In this document: piece after piece, positions 9,795 to 18,539 of the stretch
How the letters are laid out: every line of letters starts with the position of its first letter
Numbering within the stretch: the first letter of the stretch is position 1
Assembly (NCBI GenBank): GCA_016875135.1
Contig: VGSE01000002.1
Span: 1 to 47,110, forward strand
Direction: 5' to 3'
Origin: Deltaproteobacteria bacterium
GTDB lineage: Bacteria > Bdellovibrionota > FAC87 > UBA2466
Length of the DNA stretch: 47,110 nt
Made by a program: the position numbers and the translations under genes
The notes under the pieces: generated by a model
Told to the model about the DNA's origin: nothing
The model's input: the letters and a program-made list of their open reading frames with translations, nothing else
The model's database searches: none

Positions 9795-9816
9795 GGGCCG
9801 ACATTTCTGTCGGCCC
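9795..9816 (-). terminator. Intrinsic terminator after the SWIB gene (possibly bidirectional)
   Basis: gggccgaca-tttc-tgtcggccc, a 9-bp GC-rich stem. On the minus strand it is followed by T8. It sits between convergent genes. Confidence 0.7.
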
Positions 9817-9835
9817 TCGCATCTCTTCATCTAAA

Positions 9836-10156
9836 TTAAGCTGAAAGTTGCTTATTAACAAGCTTGGTCATTTCAAACATAGAAACAACAGCTTTGCCTT
9901 TGAAAATATTTTTCAAAATAGCGTCGGCTTTGATATTTCTTCTGTTTTTTGGATCTTGAAGCTTGTGCTTTTTAATATAGAGCCACAATTTTTTAATCAC
10001 TTGAGTGCGAGGAAGTGGCTTCGAACCCACGACTTCGGCTAAAGCGGCACTTGGCTTAAGAGGAGCCATGAAAGCAGCATTTGGCTTACGCTTTCCAGCA
10101 GCTTTCTTAGTGGTTTTTTTTGTGGTTGTTTTTCTCTTTGTAGTTTTTTTCATCAT
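9836..10156 (-). CDS. SWIB/MDM2-domain protein with a Lys/Thr-rich basic N-terminal tail
   Basis: C-terminal PLKPSAALAEVVGSKPLPRTQVIKKLWLYIKKHKLQDPKNRRNIKADAILKNIF is a SWIB fold signature. The N-terminus is MMKKTTKRKTTTKKTTKKAAGKRKP. Start chosen at the ATG at 10156 because GGGGG lies 4 nt upstream; the track ORF extends to 10189. Confidence 0.75.
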   Translation of the reverse strand: MMKKTTKRKTTTKKTTKKAAGKRKPNAAFMAPLKPSAALAEVVGSKPLPRTQVIKKLWLYIKKHKLQDPKNRRNIKADAILKNIFKGKAVVSMFEMTKLVNKQLSA

Positions 10157-10242
10157 TTTACCCCCGAAAAAGTTAGCGTTGAACTGCAACTACCCTCTGA
10201 TGGTAAGCGCATTTAATAAAAAAGTACAAACATTTTTTTCTG

Positions 10243-10264
10243 CCCCCCCCCTTTTTTTTGGGGG
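10243..10264. repeat. Abutting homopolymer tracts C9-T8-G5
   Basis: Read directly: ccccccccc tttttttt ggggg, about 90 nt upstream of the SWIB start codon. Confidence 0.9.
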
Positions 10265-10470
10265 ATTTCCCTAGGGGAAACGCAGCATTTCGTGCCGTTT
10301 TTCATTGGCAAATCCCCTCTTTTTTCGCTCGAGAATATAGAGTTTTTATTGCGACTTCTCCTCTGAAACTGTATTTTTGTTCTTTCAACTCCCAAAAAAG
10401 GCAAACACGACAACTGATTTTAAGAGTGGGTATCACCGATAAAAATACCACTTTCGAAGCGATTGAGTCT

Positions 10471-10548
10471 GTTTAAGGCGCAAAATTTATTGGCCGTTTG
10501 ACGATGAGGTGAATGATCAAATGAAACACCAAGAAAACTTATCAACTC
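10471..10548 (+). repeat. Intergenic repeat family, copy A (left module only)
   Basis: gtttaaggcgcaaaatttattggccgtttgacgatgaggtgaatgatcaaatgaaacaccaagaaaacttatcaactct aligns at about 80% (by eye) to 44192-44270. Confidence 0.7.
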
Positions 10549-10755
10549 TGGGATGCTCTCGATGTAGGTGGAGTGATTATTGGGAATGTGCCCTCTTGAA
10601 GAGTTGACCACATGCCTTACGGAGGAGTTAAGAACAGTGGCCTAGGACGAGAAAGCATAAGATGGGCCATGGAAGACATGACCGAAATTAAACTTCTCGT
10701 CCTAGAACACCTTAAAAGAAATAGCAGTTATCGAGAGACTCCAGTCGGGGCGTAA
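10549..10755 (+). pseudogene. Aldehyde dehydrogenase C-terminal remnant (about 65 codons, in-frame TGA at 10597)
   Basis: Hand translation: [52 protein letters not shown]... This matches the conserved ALDH C-terminus (..G.v.iN....r.dhmPfGG.K.SG.GRE......y.e.K.v). No ALDH-like sequence lies upstream, and the remnant starts exactly where repeat copy A ends. Confidence 0.7.
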
Positions 10756-11405
10756 GCCTCAAGCACGTCCACAAATTGTCTCATCAACGGAGAGGCCAAC
10801 ATTCCGGGGGTGGAGAGAATTTCCCCGGCAGTTAAATATTTACCATAGACTAAACGATTTCTCTCATCTCCATGAGAGATAAGGGTTCCATTCAAAGAAA
10901 ACCCTGCATAGAGACCGGTTCCAGCCGAGTAGACAAGAATATGGGCTAGAGGAGACACGTTAGTTCCGACGCCTTCACCATAGGGGCCGACCGCAAGACT
11001 CAAATCCCCTCCTAAAGTTAAATTAGCTCGGTTTAACATTTGCCGAGAAAGGGGGGTCATAAAAAGCAATACATTGTCGACAACTTGTCCCCCAATCAAA
11101 AATCCAAAGCTCACGCCTGCGGTGTTTAAAAAAGAAGGGGCGCTCCAGCCACTGCTAGTACGGCAACTGACCAATCCTGTGCTGCCTTCTCCGCCAAAAA
11201 TAAATCCGGCCTTCACATTTCTTGTGACCGCGATACACTCAGCTTGATTTAATAAATACCGAGGGATTGGATTAGCCGAGGTCATTCTCTGGATGAGGAC
11301 CGAGCGAGCAACTCCTACTCTGCGCTCAATATTAAAGGCTTGAGCTTGAATGGAGGTTAAAGCGAATATAACCACTAAGATACTGAATATTTTAGATTTT
11401 TTCAT
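10728..11405 (-). CDS. SYLF (Ysc84/DUF500) lipid-binding domain protein, secreted
   Basis: 225 aa with a signal peptide. [16 protein letters not shown]...[22 protein letters not shown] is typical of SYLF domains. Confidence 0.7.
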   Translation of the reverse strand: MKKSKIFSILVVIFALTSIQAQAFNIERRVGVARSVLIQRMTSANPIPRYLLNQAECIAVTRNVKAGFIFGGEGSTGLVSCRTSSGWSAPSFLNTAGVSFGFLIGGQVVDNVLLFMTPLSRQMLNRANLTLGGDLSLAVGPYGEGVGTNVSPLAHILVYSAGTGLYAGFSLNGTLISHGDERNRLVYGKYLTAGEILSTPGMLASPLMRQFVDVLEAYAPTGVSR

Positions 11406-11489
11406 AACACCTTCTAAAAAACGGTTAAAACAACCCCGATGTTATACACCGTTACAGCGCATGGCATCAAGCATAAAACTTGAAATATC

Positions 11490-12857
11490 TCACCTGATTC
11501 CCAACTCCTTCATTTTCAGCTGAAGTCCTTTGCGGCTGATATTAAGCCTTCGGGCCGCTTGAGTGACATTATTTTGAGTCTCTTGAAGAGCCTCCTCAAT
11601 GGCCTTTTTTTCAATGCGTCGAGTGGCGTCTTTGACAAGTTCTTTCAAAGAACCGGCCGAAGTGGCTTGTCGTTCGACAAATCTTTGTTCCTCAAACTCA
11701 AGAATTTCCTCAGGAAGTTGCTCCGCAGTTACCGCCCCTCCCCCATTAAGAACCATCACCCTTTCAATCACATTTTCCAGCTGACGAATATTACCCGGCC
11801 AAGGATATTGAACAAGCAGTTCAAGAGTTTCAGGCTGGAGCACAGGGGGATCTTTTTTCATCCGATCCCCCATTTTTTTTAAAAAGAAAACGATTAATCG
11901 CGGGATATCTTCAGGACGCTCCCGTAATGGGGGTAATTCTAAAGGAACCACATTCAAGCGGTAGAAAAGATCATTTCTAAACCGCCCTTCTCTTATCTCC
12001 TTATCTAAATCTCGATTAGTGGCAGCAATCAATCTGACATCTACATTGAGAGTTCTAACTCCACCGACTCGTTCAAAAGACTTCTCTTGCAAAACTCGTA
12101 GTAATTTGACTTGCATCTCAACACTCATTTCCGCTATCTCATCGAGAAACAAGGTCCCGTTATCTGCAAGTTCAAATCGACCCGGTTTCGAACTAATGGC
12201 TCCGGTAAAAGCCCCTCTCTCATGACCAAATAGTTCACTCTCCATCAGATTTTCGGCAATAGCGGCACAATTAATTTTGATAAAAGGCCCTTTTGCCCTA
12301 GAACTGCGCTCATGAATAGCCCCCGCAATAAGTTCTTTTCCCGTTCCACTCTCGCCTAAAATAAGAACGGTCGAATCACTCGACGCTACTTTATCAAGCA
12401 TACCGTAGAGTTTTAGCATTTTAGGCGTCTCGCCTATCATCGGATGCGGGCTCTCAGAACTATTCCAGTTTTTTAATTCTTCGCTTTGAACTTTAAATGA
12501 CAACACTGCTTTTTTGATGACTCTAGCTAATTCAATCCGATCAAAGGGTTTACTTAAATAGTCAAAAGCTCCCTGTTTCATAGCATCCACGGCCGAATCG
12601 ATACTGCCATGAGCCGTAAGAATAATTACCGGTAGCGAAGATTGTTCTTCTCTTACCCATTTTAATAACTGCAACCCGTCTTCACGAGTTAATCTAAGGT
12701 CACAAAGTACGGCCTCAACCCTTCCCTGTTTTATGATTTCTTTGGCTTGAGTTATGGTACCGACTGAGTGCACGACATACCCTTCAGCTTCCAGCATCGC
12801 CGACACAATTTTTCTAATATTGATTTCATCATCGAGAACAAGAACTTCCGCATTCAT
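11490..12857 (-). CDS. Sigma-54-dependent response regulator (NtrC family: REC + AAA+ + Fis-type HTH)
   Basis: REC domain, Walker A GESGTGKE, GAFTGA loop (ERGAFTGA), and C-terminal HTH QAARRLNISRKGLQLKMKELGI. Confidence 0.9.
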   Translation of the reverse strand: MNAEVLVLDDEINIRKIVSAMLEAEGYVVHSVGTITQAKEIIKQGRVEAVLCDLRLTREDGLQLLKWVREEQSSLPVIILTAHGSIDSAVDAMKQGAFDYLSKPFDRIELARVIKKAVLSFKVQSEELKNWNSSESPHPMIGETPKMLKLYGMLDKVASSDSTVLILGESGTGKELIAGAIHERSSRAKGPFIKINCAAIAENLMESELFGHERGAFTGAISSKPGRFELADNGTLFLDEIAEMSVEMQVKLLRVLQEKSFERVGGVRTLNVDVRLIAATNRDLDKEIREGRFRNDLFYRLNVVPLELPPLRERPEDIPRLIVFFLKKMGDRMKKDPPVLQPETLELLVQYPWPGNIRQLENVIERVMVLNGGGAVTAEQLPEEILEFEEQRFVERQATSAGSLKELVKDATRRIEKKAIEEALQETQNNVTQAARRLNISRKGLQLKMKELGIR

Positions 12858-15007
12858 GCTGTATCTTCCTTTATCCGAACTTCTTCTAACCGATTCTCTG
12901 ATAATTTTCGTTTCATCGGTAAGTGTAAAACAAATGTAGTTCCAAAACCTTCTTTTGATCTAACGTTGATAGTGCCCCCCGAAGACTCCATCAAACGCCT
13001 GCAGATTGCTAGCCCCAAACCTGTGCCTTTCGACTTGGTCGTAAAAAAGGGAACAAACAAACGCCGCTGGGTTTCAAGTTCGATTCCTGGCCCGTTATCC
13101 TTAACCTCAATTTCCAAATAATCTGTAGAAGCACCAATCTTTTCATGTCGCCAGCCTTCCCAGACCTTAAAAAGTGGGAGTGACTCTAAATTGAAAGCTT
13201 TTTTCGATTTAATCCTTTTAAGCCTTACTTTGAGAATAGGTCGCTCCAACTGTTCCATGGCTTGAACAGCATTGAGAAAAAGGTTTAATAAAATTTGTTT
13301 CAACACTTCAGGATCCATCTCAATCAGGGTCTTTTTCTCTTCCGTTTCAACTTCAAATCCGATTTTTGTCCCTTTAATAGCTAATTGAGCGACATGTTCA
13401 ATCACAAGCAGAGGGTCACACACACTTTGAGAGTGTATTTTTCTAGGCTTTGCATAATCTAAAAATTCGGTAACCACATTGGAGAGTCTTTGAGTTTCAT
13501 CGAGAATAATTTGCAAAAACTCACTGGAATTTGAAAAACTTTCTTTCTCCTTCAATAGCTCTGCTGCCCCTTTAATGGACCCAAGCGGATTTTTAATTTC
13601 ATGAGCCAAGCCAGCCGCCATTTCTCCTAAAGCGGCTAATTTATCTCTATCTTTCACATAATCAAAAGTTTGAGCATTCTTGAACATTAATCCCAACTGC
13701 CTTGTAATTGGGATAAACACTCTTAACTCCTCATTGGACAAAACAATTCTCTCCCCGGCCCTTACTGCACAAAAAGCAATCGGTTTTGCATCATACACAA
13801 ACGGAATTACAAAATCGGCCTTTAAACTCCTCATAGTTTCTAGACACATTTCACAAAATTTCTGAGCCGACGCAGTTCGAAAAAAATCCCGGTCATTTTC
13901 AATATTCTCTAAAATAAAGGGTCGTCCCCTTCTTAACGCCATATATTCAATCAGGGGATTTGAGGAAGAAAGCTCTTGAGAGGCATCGATAACTTGGGCG
14001 TTAATTTTAAAGTAACTCAAACCGTCTTTTTCGAGCAAATAAAGGCTCGAAGCCTCAACTCCCAAACACTTTTTCAAAATGGTCTCAATTCGATTCGTAA
14101 TCTGGATGGGTTCAAATGTTCCAACTAAATCCTCCAGAAATACATTTAGTTCCTGCTCGAGTGCCAAATGTCTTTTAAGAAACAATTTTCTAGTTCCGCG
14201 AGTAATGACTCTTTTTAACGGTTCAAAAAGAATCATGATCACAAAAGAAGCGATAAAAGTATTAAAATAAAATAGCCCCGATTGATCCCCAACCCAACTC
14301 ACTAAAATCGAATAAATCAAAGTTAAAACTATTGCGATTCCCCCAAACAAGGTGATCTTCGTTAAGACCTCTTCCGAAGTCATGACCTCCTTTTGAATAA
14401 AAGTGTGAAAAATAAAAATTGAGTAAAGAACTCGAGAGACGGTGCCTAGGGGTGGCATATTTTCCATTCCCGAGTAGTGAACTGTATTGGTTACAAAAAA
14501 AGACAAAGAAGCAACTCCTCCCACAGCCGCAAAATTTAGGCGAAGTTTTTCTCTCGGAAGAGTCACTGCCCTACTGGCTCGATCAAGTGCAATGAGGAAA
14601 ACTACAAAAGGGACAAGAACCAAAATGTGAGCCCAAAAATTAAATAGATTTTCATATTCCCGATAGGTCGGAAACGACATGAATAATAAAACAACTGCGA
14701 GAAATGGAATGTAAAAAGAGAGCGATTTGCTGAGCAAAGTGGAACGATTTCCCAAGAGTTCTTTACAAAACCAAAGCAACGGAAGACCAATAAAAAACGT
14801 AACAAAACTATGCCACGAGGGACTAATGATCGTTTCATAGCTTGCAAACCCCTGAAGACTTCCAATCGAATCATGTAAAGCAAGGGCTGCCATCAAAGCT
14901 GTAAACGATATCGATAGCCGGCTTTTAAAATTTCGAAGCATGGCTGCAACGCCAAGCGACACCGAGACAAAGGCGGCAATAATTAAGCTTACCGTTTCAA
15001 TTCTCAT
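12854..15007 (-). CDS. Sensor histidine kinase with a multi-pass (about 7 TM) membrane N-domain
   Basis: 717 aa. H-box AAGLAHEIKNPL, HATPase_c region (DNGPGI...GTGLGLAI). Its 3' end overlaps the response regulator start by 4 nt. Confidence 0.85.
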   Translation of the reverse strand: MRIETVSLIIAAFVSVSLGVAAMLRNFKSRLSISFTALMAALALHDSIGSLQGFASYETIISPSWHSFVTFFIGLPLLWFCKELLGNRSTLLSKSLSFYIPFLAVVLLFMSFPTYREYENLFNFWAHILVLVPFVVFLIALDRASRAVTLPREKLRLNFAAVGGVASLSFFVTNTVHYSGMENMPPLGTVSRVLYSIFIFHTFIQKEVMTSEEVLTKITLFGGIAIVLTLIYSILVSWVGDQSGLFYFNTFIASFVIMILFEPLKRVITRGTRKLFLKRHLALEQELNVFLEDLVGTFEPIQITNRIETILKKCLGVEASSLYLLEKDGLSYFKINAQVIDASQELSSSNPLIEYMALRRGRPFILENIENDRDFFRTASAQKFCEMCLETMRSLKADFVIPFVYDAKPIAFCAVRAGERIVLSNEELRVFIPITRQLGLMFKNAQTFDYVKDRDKLAALGEMAAGLAHEIKNPLGSIKGAAELLKEKESFSNSSEFLQIILDETQRLSNVVTEFLDYAKPRKIHSQSVCDPLLVIEHVAQLAIKGTKIGFEVETEEKKTLIEMDPEVLKQILLNLFLNAVQAMEQLERPILKVRLKRIKSKKAFNLESLPLFKVWEGWRHEKIGASTDYLEIEVKDNGPGIELETQRRLFVPFFTTKSKGTGLGLAICRRLMESSGGTINVRSKEGFGTTFVLHLPMKRKLSENRLEEVRIKEDTA

Positions 15008-15156
15008 CGTAATCTTTTAGTCCATTTAACAGGCTCATCGCATATCTCTAACACGGCGACCTAGCGTTAGTAAAACGGCTTAAGTGGATCTTGTCACAGA
15101 GCGTTTGAGTTATTATTCCCCTTACCTCATAATAGAAGTAGTACTTACCGAATTAA

Positions 15157-16209
15157 TTGCCCTCTTGTTTACGCAAAGCACCCAACTCTAAACTGGAAGA
15201 CACGTTGGCTCTATTTAAGAGAAATCTATTTGGACCTCCCGGCTCATCCGAAACTTCAGTTTCGGTTAACCTTCCCAACCGCAATTTAAATGTTGTAACC
15301 AAGGCTGATAAGAAGATTTGGGCGATTGGAGGGGGGAAAGGAGGTGTCGGAAAAACGGTTCTGACTTCTAATCTGGCGCTCTTTCTTAGTTGGCTCAACA
15401 AAAAAGTGGTCGTGATCGACCTTGATTTAGGCGGTGCCAATCTCCACACAAGTTTGGGCGTGAGCAACCCCTCAAGAACGCTTGGGGATCTTTTATACAA
15501 TAAAATCGATAATGCTAACTCACTTTTACAGCCAACGGTATATCGGAATCTTTCTCTTATCTCCGGGGCACATGATCCAACTGGGATTGCCAATATGCCC
15601 AATGTTCAAAAAGCTCGACTGGCCCGCAAATTTAAAGAAATCGAAGCCGACTATATCCTATTGGATCTAGGCGCAGGAACCAGTCTCAACACTCTAGATT
15701 TTTTTCTTCTCGCCGACCACAAAGTTATTATCGTTACTCCCGAACCTACCAGCGTAGAAAATGCCTATCGGTTTATCAAGGCCGCATTTTACCGTACCTT
15801 AAGAGCCTCAACTCCTACTCCGCCTGTCCGCAGTCTCATTGAACAGGCGATGGATGAAAAAAACAACCAGGGCATCACTTCTCCCAAGGATCTCTTAAGA
15901 GAAGTAGCTCGATTATCTCCAGCAGATGGCGCTCAACTTCAATCGAAGATGAAAGAATTTAGCTTCACGCTGGTAGTGAATCAAGTCAGGACTAGAGCAG
16001 AAGAAGATATTGGTAAGTCCATTAAGATTGTTTGTGAGCGTTATTTTGGAATCCGTGTTGAATATGTGGGCTTTATTCCTTATGATAATTCGGTGTGGCA
16101 GTCGATTCGAAAGAAGGTCCCTTTTCTTATCGACACCCCCAATGGAACTGCTGTTACTCATCTCGAGGAAGTGGTTCGTAACATTTTAAAATTGGATCAA
16201 AGAGCTTAA
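15157..16209 (+). CDS. MinD/ParA-family P-loop ATPase
   Basis: Deviant Walker A GGGKGGVGKT, then VVVIDLDLGGANLH. There is no ATG before the P-loop, so the start is TTG at 15157 or TTG at 15205 (uncertain). Confidence 0.75.
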   Translation: MPSCLRKAPNSKLEDTLALFKRNLFGPPGSSETSVSVNLPNRNLNVVTKADKKIWAIGGGKGGVGKTVLTSNLALFLSWLNKKVVVIDLDLGGANLHTSLGVSNPSRTLGDLLYNKIDNANSLLQPTVYRNLSLISGAHDPTGIANMPNVQKARLARKFKEIEADYILLDLGAGTSLNTLDFFLLADHKVIIVTPEPTSVENAYRFIKAAFYRTLRASTPTPPVRSLIEQAMDEKNNQGITSPKDLLREVARLSPADGAQLQSKMKEFSFTLVVNQVRTRAEEDIGKSIKIVCERYFGIRVEYVGFIPYDNSVWQSIRKKVPFLIDTPNGTAVTHLEEVVRNILKLDQRA

Positions 16210-16216
16210 ATCTCCT

Positions 16217-16873
16217 ATGTCGAAAAACACCACTGAAGAATCCTACTATGAACTACTCAAAATCCCTCAACGAGCCTCGATTTCTGAAATAACCACGGCT
16301 TATCTTGCGGCAAAAAATGCGTTTTCAAGAGACTCGATTGCTACCTATTCCCTGATGCCGGCCGAAGACAATACTGAACTCTTAGCTCTTTTAGAGTCGG
16401 CTTATCTCACACTGACCAATCCGGACAAACGGCGTGAATATGACAAAAACTTAAGCTCTAATGAGCTTTCCGATTTAGCCCTTGCAGTGACCAAATCGCG
16501 AAACGAGCCATCTCAAACTCCCACGAATTTGAAAACACCCACTCTGTCGGCTTCGGATTCTGTTGTTATCACTCTTCCTAGCTCCGAACTCAAACCAGAC
16601 TCAATTGCCAAAACTGCAACTCCAACGACTTTTAATTTGGCGTCAGTTCGTGAAAGCAAAGGACTTTCCTTAAGTGACGTATCCCGAATTACTAAAATCC
16701 CACTCAAATACCTCAAAGCTATTGAAGAGTTCGACTCCAAGCACCTTCCTGCCATGGTTTACGTCCAAGGTTTTTTAAAAAATTTAAGTCACCTCTATCG
16801 TCTTGATTCAAAATCTACGGTCTCTATTTACATGGAAGAACTCAAGCTACGCGCAGGGCAGAAATCCGCTTGA
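16217..16873 (+). CDS. J-like domain (no HPD motif) fused to a C-terminal RodZ-type HTH
   Basis: N-terminus SYYELLKIPQRASISEITTAYLAAKNAF...NPDKRREYD has a J-domain helix pattern, but SRD replaces HPD. C-terminus LSLSDVSRITKIPLKYLKAIEEFDSKHLPAMVYVQGFLKNLSHLYRLD resembles the RodZ N-terminal HTH. An S/T/P-rich linker joins them and there is no TM segment. Confidence 0.6.
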   Translation: MSKNTTEESYYELLKIPQRASISEITTAYLAAKNAFSRDSIATYSLMPAEDNTELLALLESAYLTLTNPDKRREYDKNLSSNELSDLALAVTKSRNEPSQTPTNLKTPTLSASDSVVITLPSSELKPDSIAKTATPTTFNLASVRESKGLSLSDVSRITKIPLKYLKAIEEFDSKHLPAMVYVQGFLKNLSHLYRLDSKSTVSIYMEELKLRAGQKSA

Positions 16874-17829
16874 AAATCAATGATTTTGTTGTTGAGATCT
16901 CGTCTCGTTTAGACACTTTTTTGTCCGAAAAAACCGGTAAAAGCCGCTCTTATATTCAAGAACAGATCAAACAGTCACGAGTAAAACTCAATAACCATTT
17001 GTGTCTTAAATCGAGTCATCGAATAAAGGCCGGAGATCGAGTCTTCTTCGAACCTATAGAAAACGCTCCAATCACCCACCTCACTCCAACTCCCGGCAAC
17101 CTGAATATTTTGTACGAAGATGAATACCTATTAGCCATTAATAAATCTGCAGGTGTGATTGTTCACCCGGGAGCGGGGCGAAAAGAGGGCACATTAGTTC
17201 ATCATTTGCTTCACTATTTATCTAACTCCTCCTTCAAAAAGATTTCCTCCGAAAGACCAGGAATTGTTCACCGACTCGATCAAGGAACCACGGGAGTTCT
17301 CCTAGTCGCAAAAACCGAAGAGGTCCAGAATCAACTTTCTCTACACTTTAAGAATAGAAACATAAAAAAAACTTACCAAGCCTTAACTTTTGGAAAAATG
17401 GCTCTTTCGGGCACTTTTGATTCTCCTATTGGACGAGATCCCAAAGACAGAAAAAAAATGAGCTCAAAAGGCGCTCACACTCGAACAGCGCTCACTCAAT
17501 GGAAATCACTTGAGAGATTTCGTCATTTTACCCATGTTGAACTTTATCCTCATACTGGTCGCACTCACCAATTACGGGTTCACCTTTCGGAAAACCAATT
17601 TCCGATTGTCGGAGATCCCACATATGGGAAACGCAAAGTTAAGACCAGCCTTCTTCCTGAAACGATTACCCGCAAACTATCCGAATTAGATCACACCCTT
17701 CTTCATGCAGCATCTCTTGCTTTTGTCCACCCGAAATTGAATACAAAACTTTTCATAGAGGCACCACTGCCTCAGGACTTTAAAGACTTTCTACTTTTAC
17801 TCAAGGAACATGATCCATGCCTTCAATAA
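16870..17829 (+). CDS. rluD: 23S rRNA pseudouridine synthase, RluA/RluD family
   Basis: S4-like N-domain and catalytic HRLDQGTTGVLLVAKT motif. The TTG start overlaps the upstream stop. Confidence 0.8.
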   Translation: MKINDFVVEISSRLDTFLSEKTGKSRSYIQEQIKQSRVKLNNHLCLKSSHRIKAGDRVFFEPIENAPITHLTPTPGNLNILYEDEYLLAINKSAGVIVHPGAGRKEGTLVHHLLHYLSNSSFKKISSERPGIVHRLDQGTTGVLLVAKTEEVQNQLSLHFKNRNIKKTYQALTFGKMALSGTFDSPIGRDPKDRKKMSSKGAHTRTALTQWKSLERFRHFTHVELYPHTGRTHQLRVHLSENQFPIVGDPTYGKRKVKTSLLPETITRKLSELDHTLLHAASLAFVHPKLNTKLFIEAPLPQDFKDFLLLLKEHDPCLQ

Positions 17830-18443
17830 TGCACGTGACTTATGATTTCACTATTGAACCCAAAGGTTTGACCCGTCCACTTTTTCATCAAGTACATGGA
17901 AACCAAATGGTTTATGTTACAGATCAAAACCTAAGTCAGCTTTACCAGGCTCCGCCTGATGCCGATGGAGCTGTTACCGAGTCTTCCCACTTAAAGCTCT
18001 CTGTTTTTACAGCCGATTGCATACCGATGCTTTTTTTTACTACAAATCCCAAGGGGCCAATTGCCGCCATTCATTGCGGTTGGCGAGGAGCCCTACAAAA
18101 CATCACCAGCACACTTCAAGATCTTTGGAATGACCATGACGGGGAGATTCACGCGATTCTTGGCCCTTGCCTTGAGCCCTGCTGTTTTGAGGTTAAAAAT
18201 GATTTCATTGAAGCCTTTGAGGGCGCTAGCCATCAAGTTCGCCCTTATCTGACAGAAAAAGACAACAAGATTTTTTTTCATCTTAGTCGCTTTGTGATTA
18301 ATGAACAGTTGAGCTTCATTAAGAAAGAAAACATTCACACTCAACATTTGCGTTGCACCTTTTGTTCGCACCCACAGCTTCCCTCCTATCGAAGAATTAA
18401 AGGCACCGATCCAAGAATCCGAGGCTGGATTATTAAATCTTAA
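17817..18443 (+). CDS. pgeF: YfiH/PgeF family (DUF152) peptidoglycan editing factor / laccase-domain protein
   Basis: ADCIPMLFF and HCGWRG motifs; a Cys/His ligand pattern is present. Confidence 0.75.
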   Translation: MPSIMHVTYDFTIEPKGLTRPLFHQVHGNQMVYVTDQNLSQLYQAPPDADGAVTESSHLKLSVFTADCIPMLFFTTNPKGPIAAIHCGWRGALQNITSTLQDLWNDHDGEIHAILGPCLEPCCFEVKNDFIEAFEGASHQVRPYLTEKDNKIFFHLSRFVINEQLSFIKKENIHTQHLRCTFCSHPQLPSYRRIKGTDPRIRGWIIKS

Positions 18444-18539
18444 ACTAAACAAGTGGTCGATATCTGTACCCCACCACACTTGAATCACTCTAGAGACACT
18501 CCTTGATTCGAACTATTTGAGTTATCTTAAGCTATTTTC

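Noticed and set aside
10017-10040. GTGGGTTCGAAGCCAC (minus strand) and, at 262-280, GGTTCGAATCAC: tRNA T-arm-like strings.
   Set aside because: Both lie inside well-supported coding frames (SWIB ...VVGSKPLP...; PBP ...TGSNHT...) and lack the rest of a cloverleaf.
10213-10611. Track ORFs 10213..10413 (-), 10258..10476 (+) and 10420..10611 (-) in the SWIB-SYLF gap.
   Set aside because: No RBS and no recognisable family. They overlap homopolymer tracts, repeat copy A and the ALDH remnant, and the SPHRQTANKF-type peptide is simply the translation of the repeat.
15153-15602. 149-aa minus-strand ORF antisense to the MinD/ParA-like gene.
   Set aside because: The plus-strand frame contains an unmistakable deviant Walker A and a full ATPase. 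The antisense ORF has no recognisable features.
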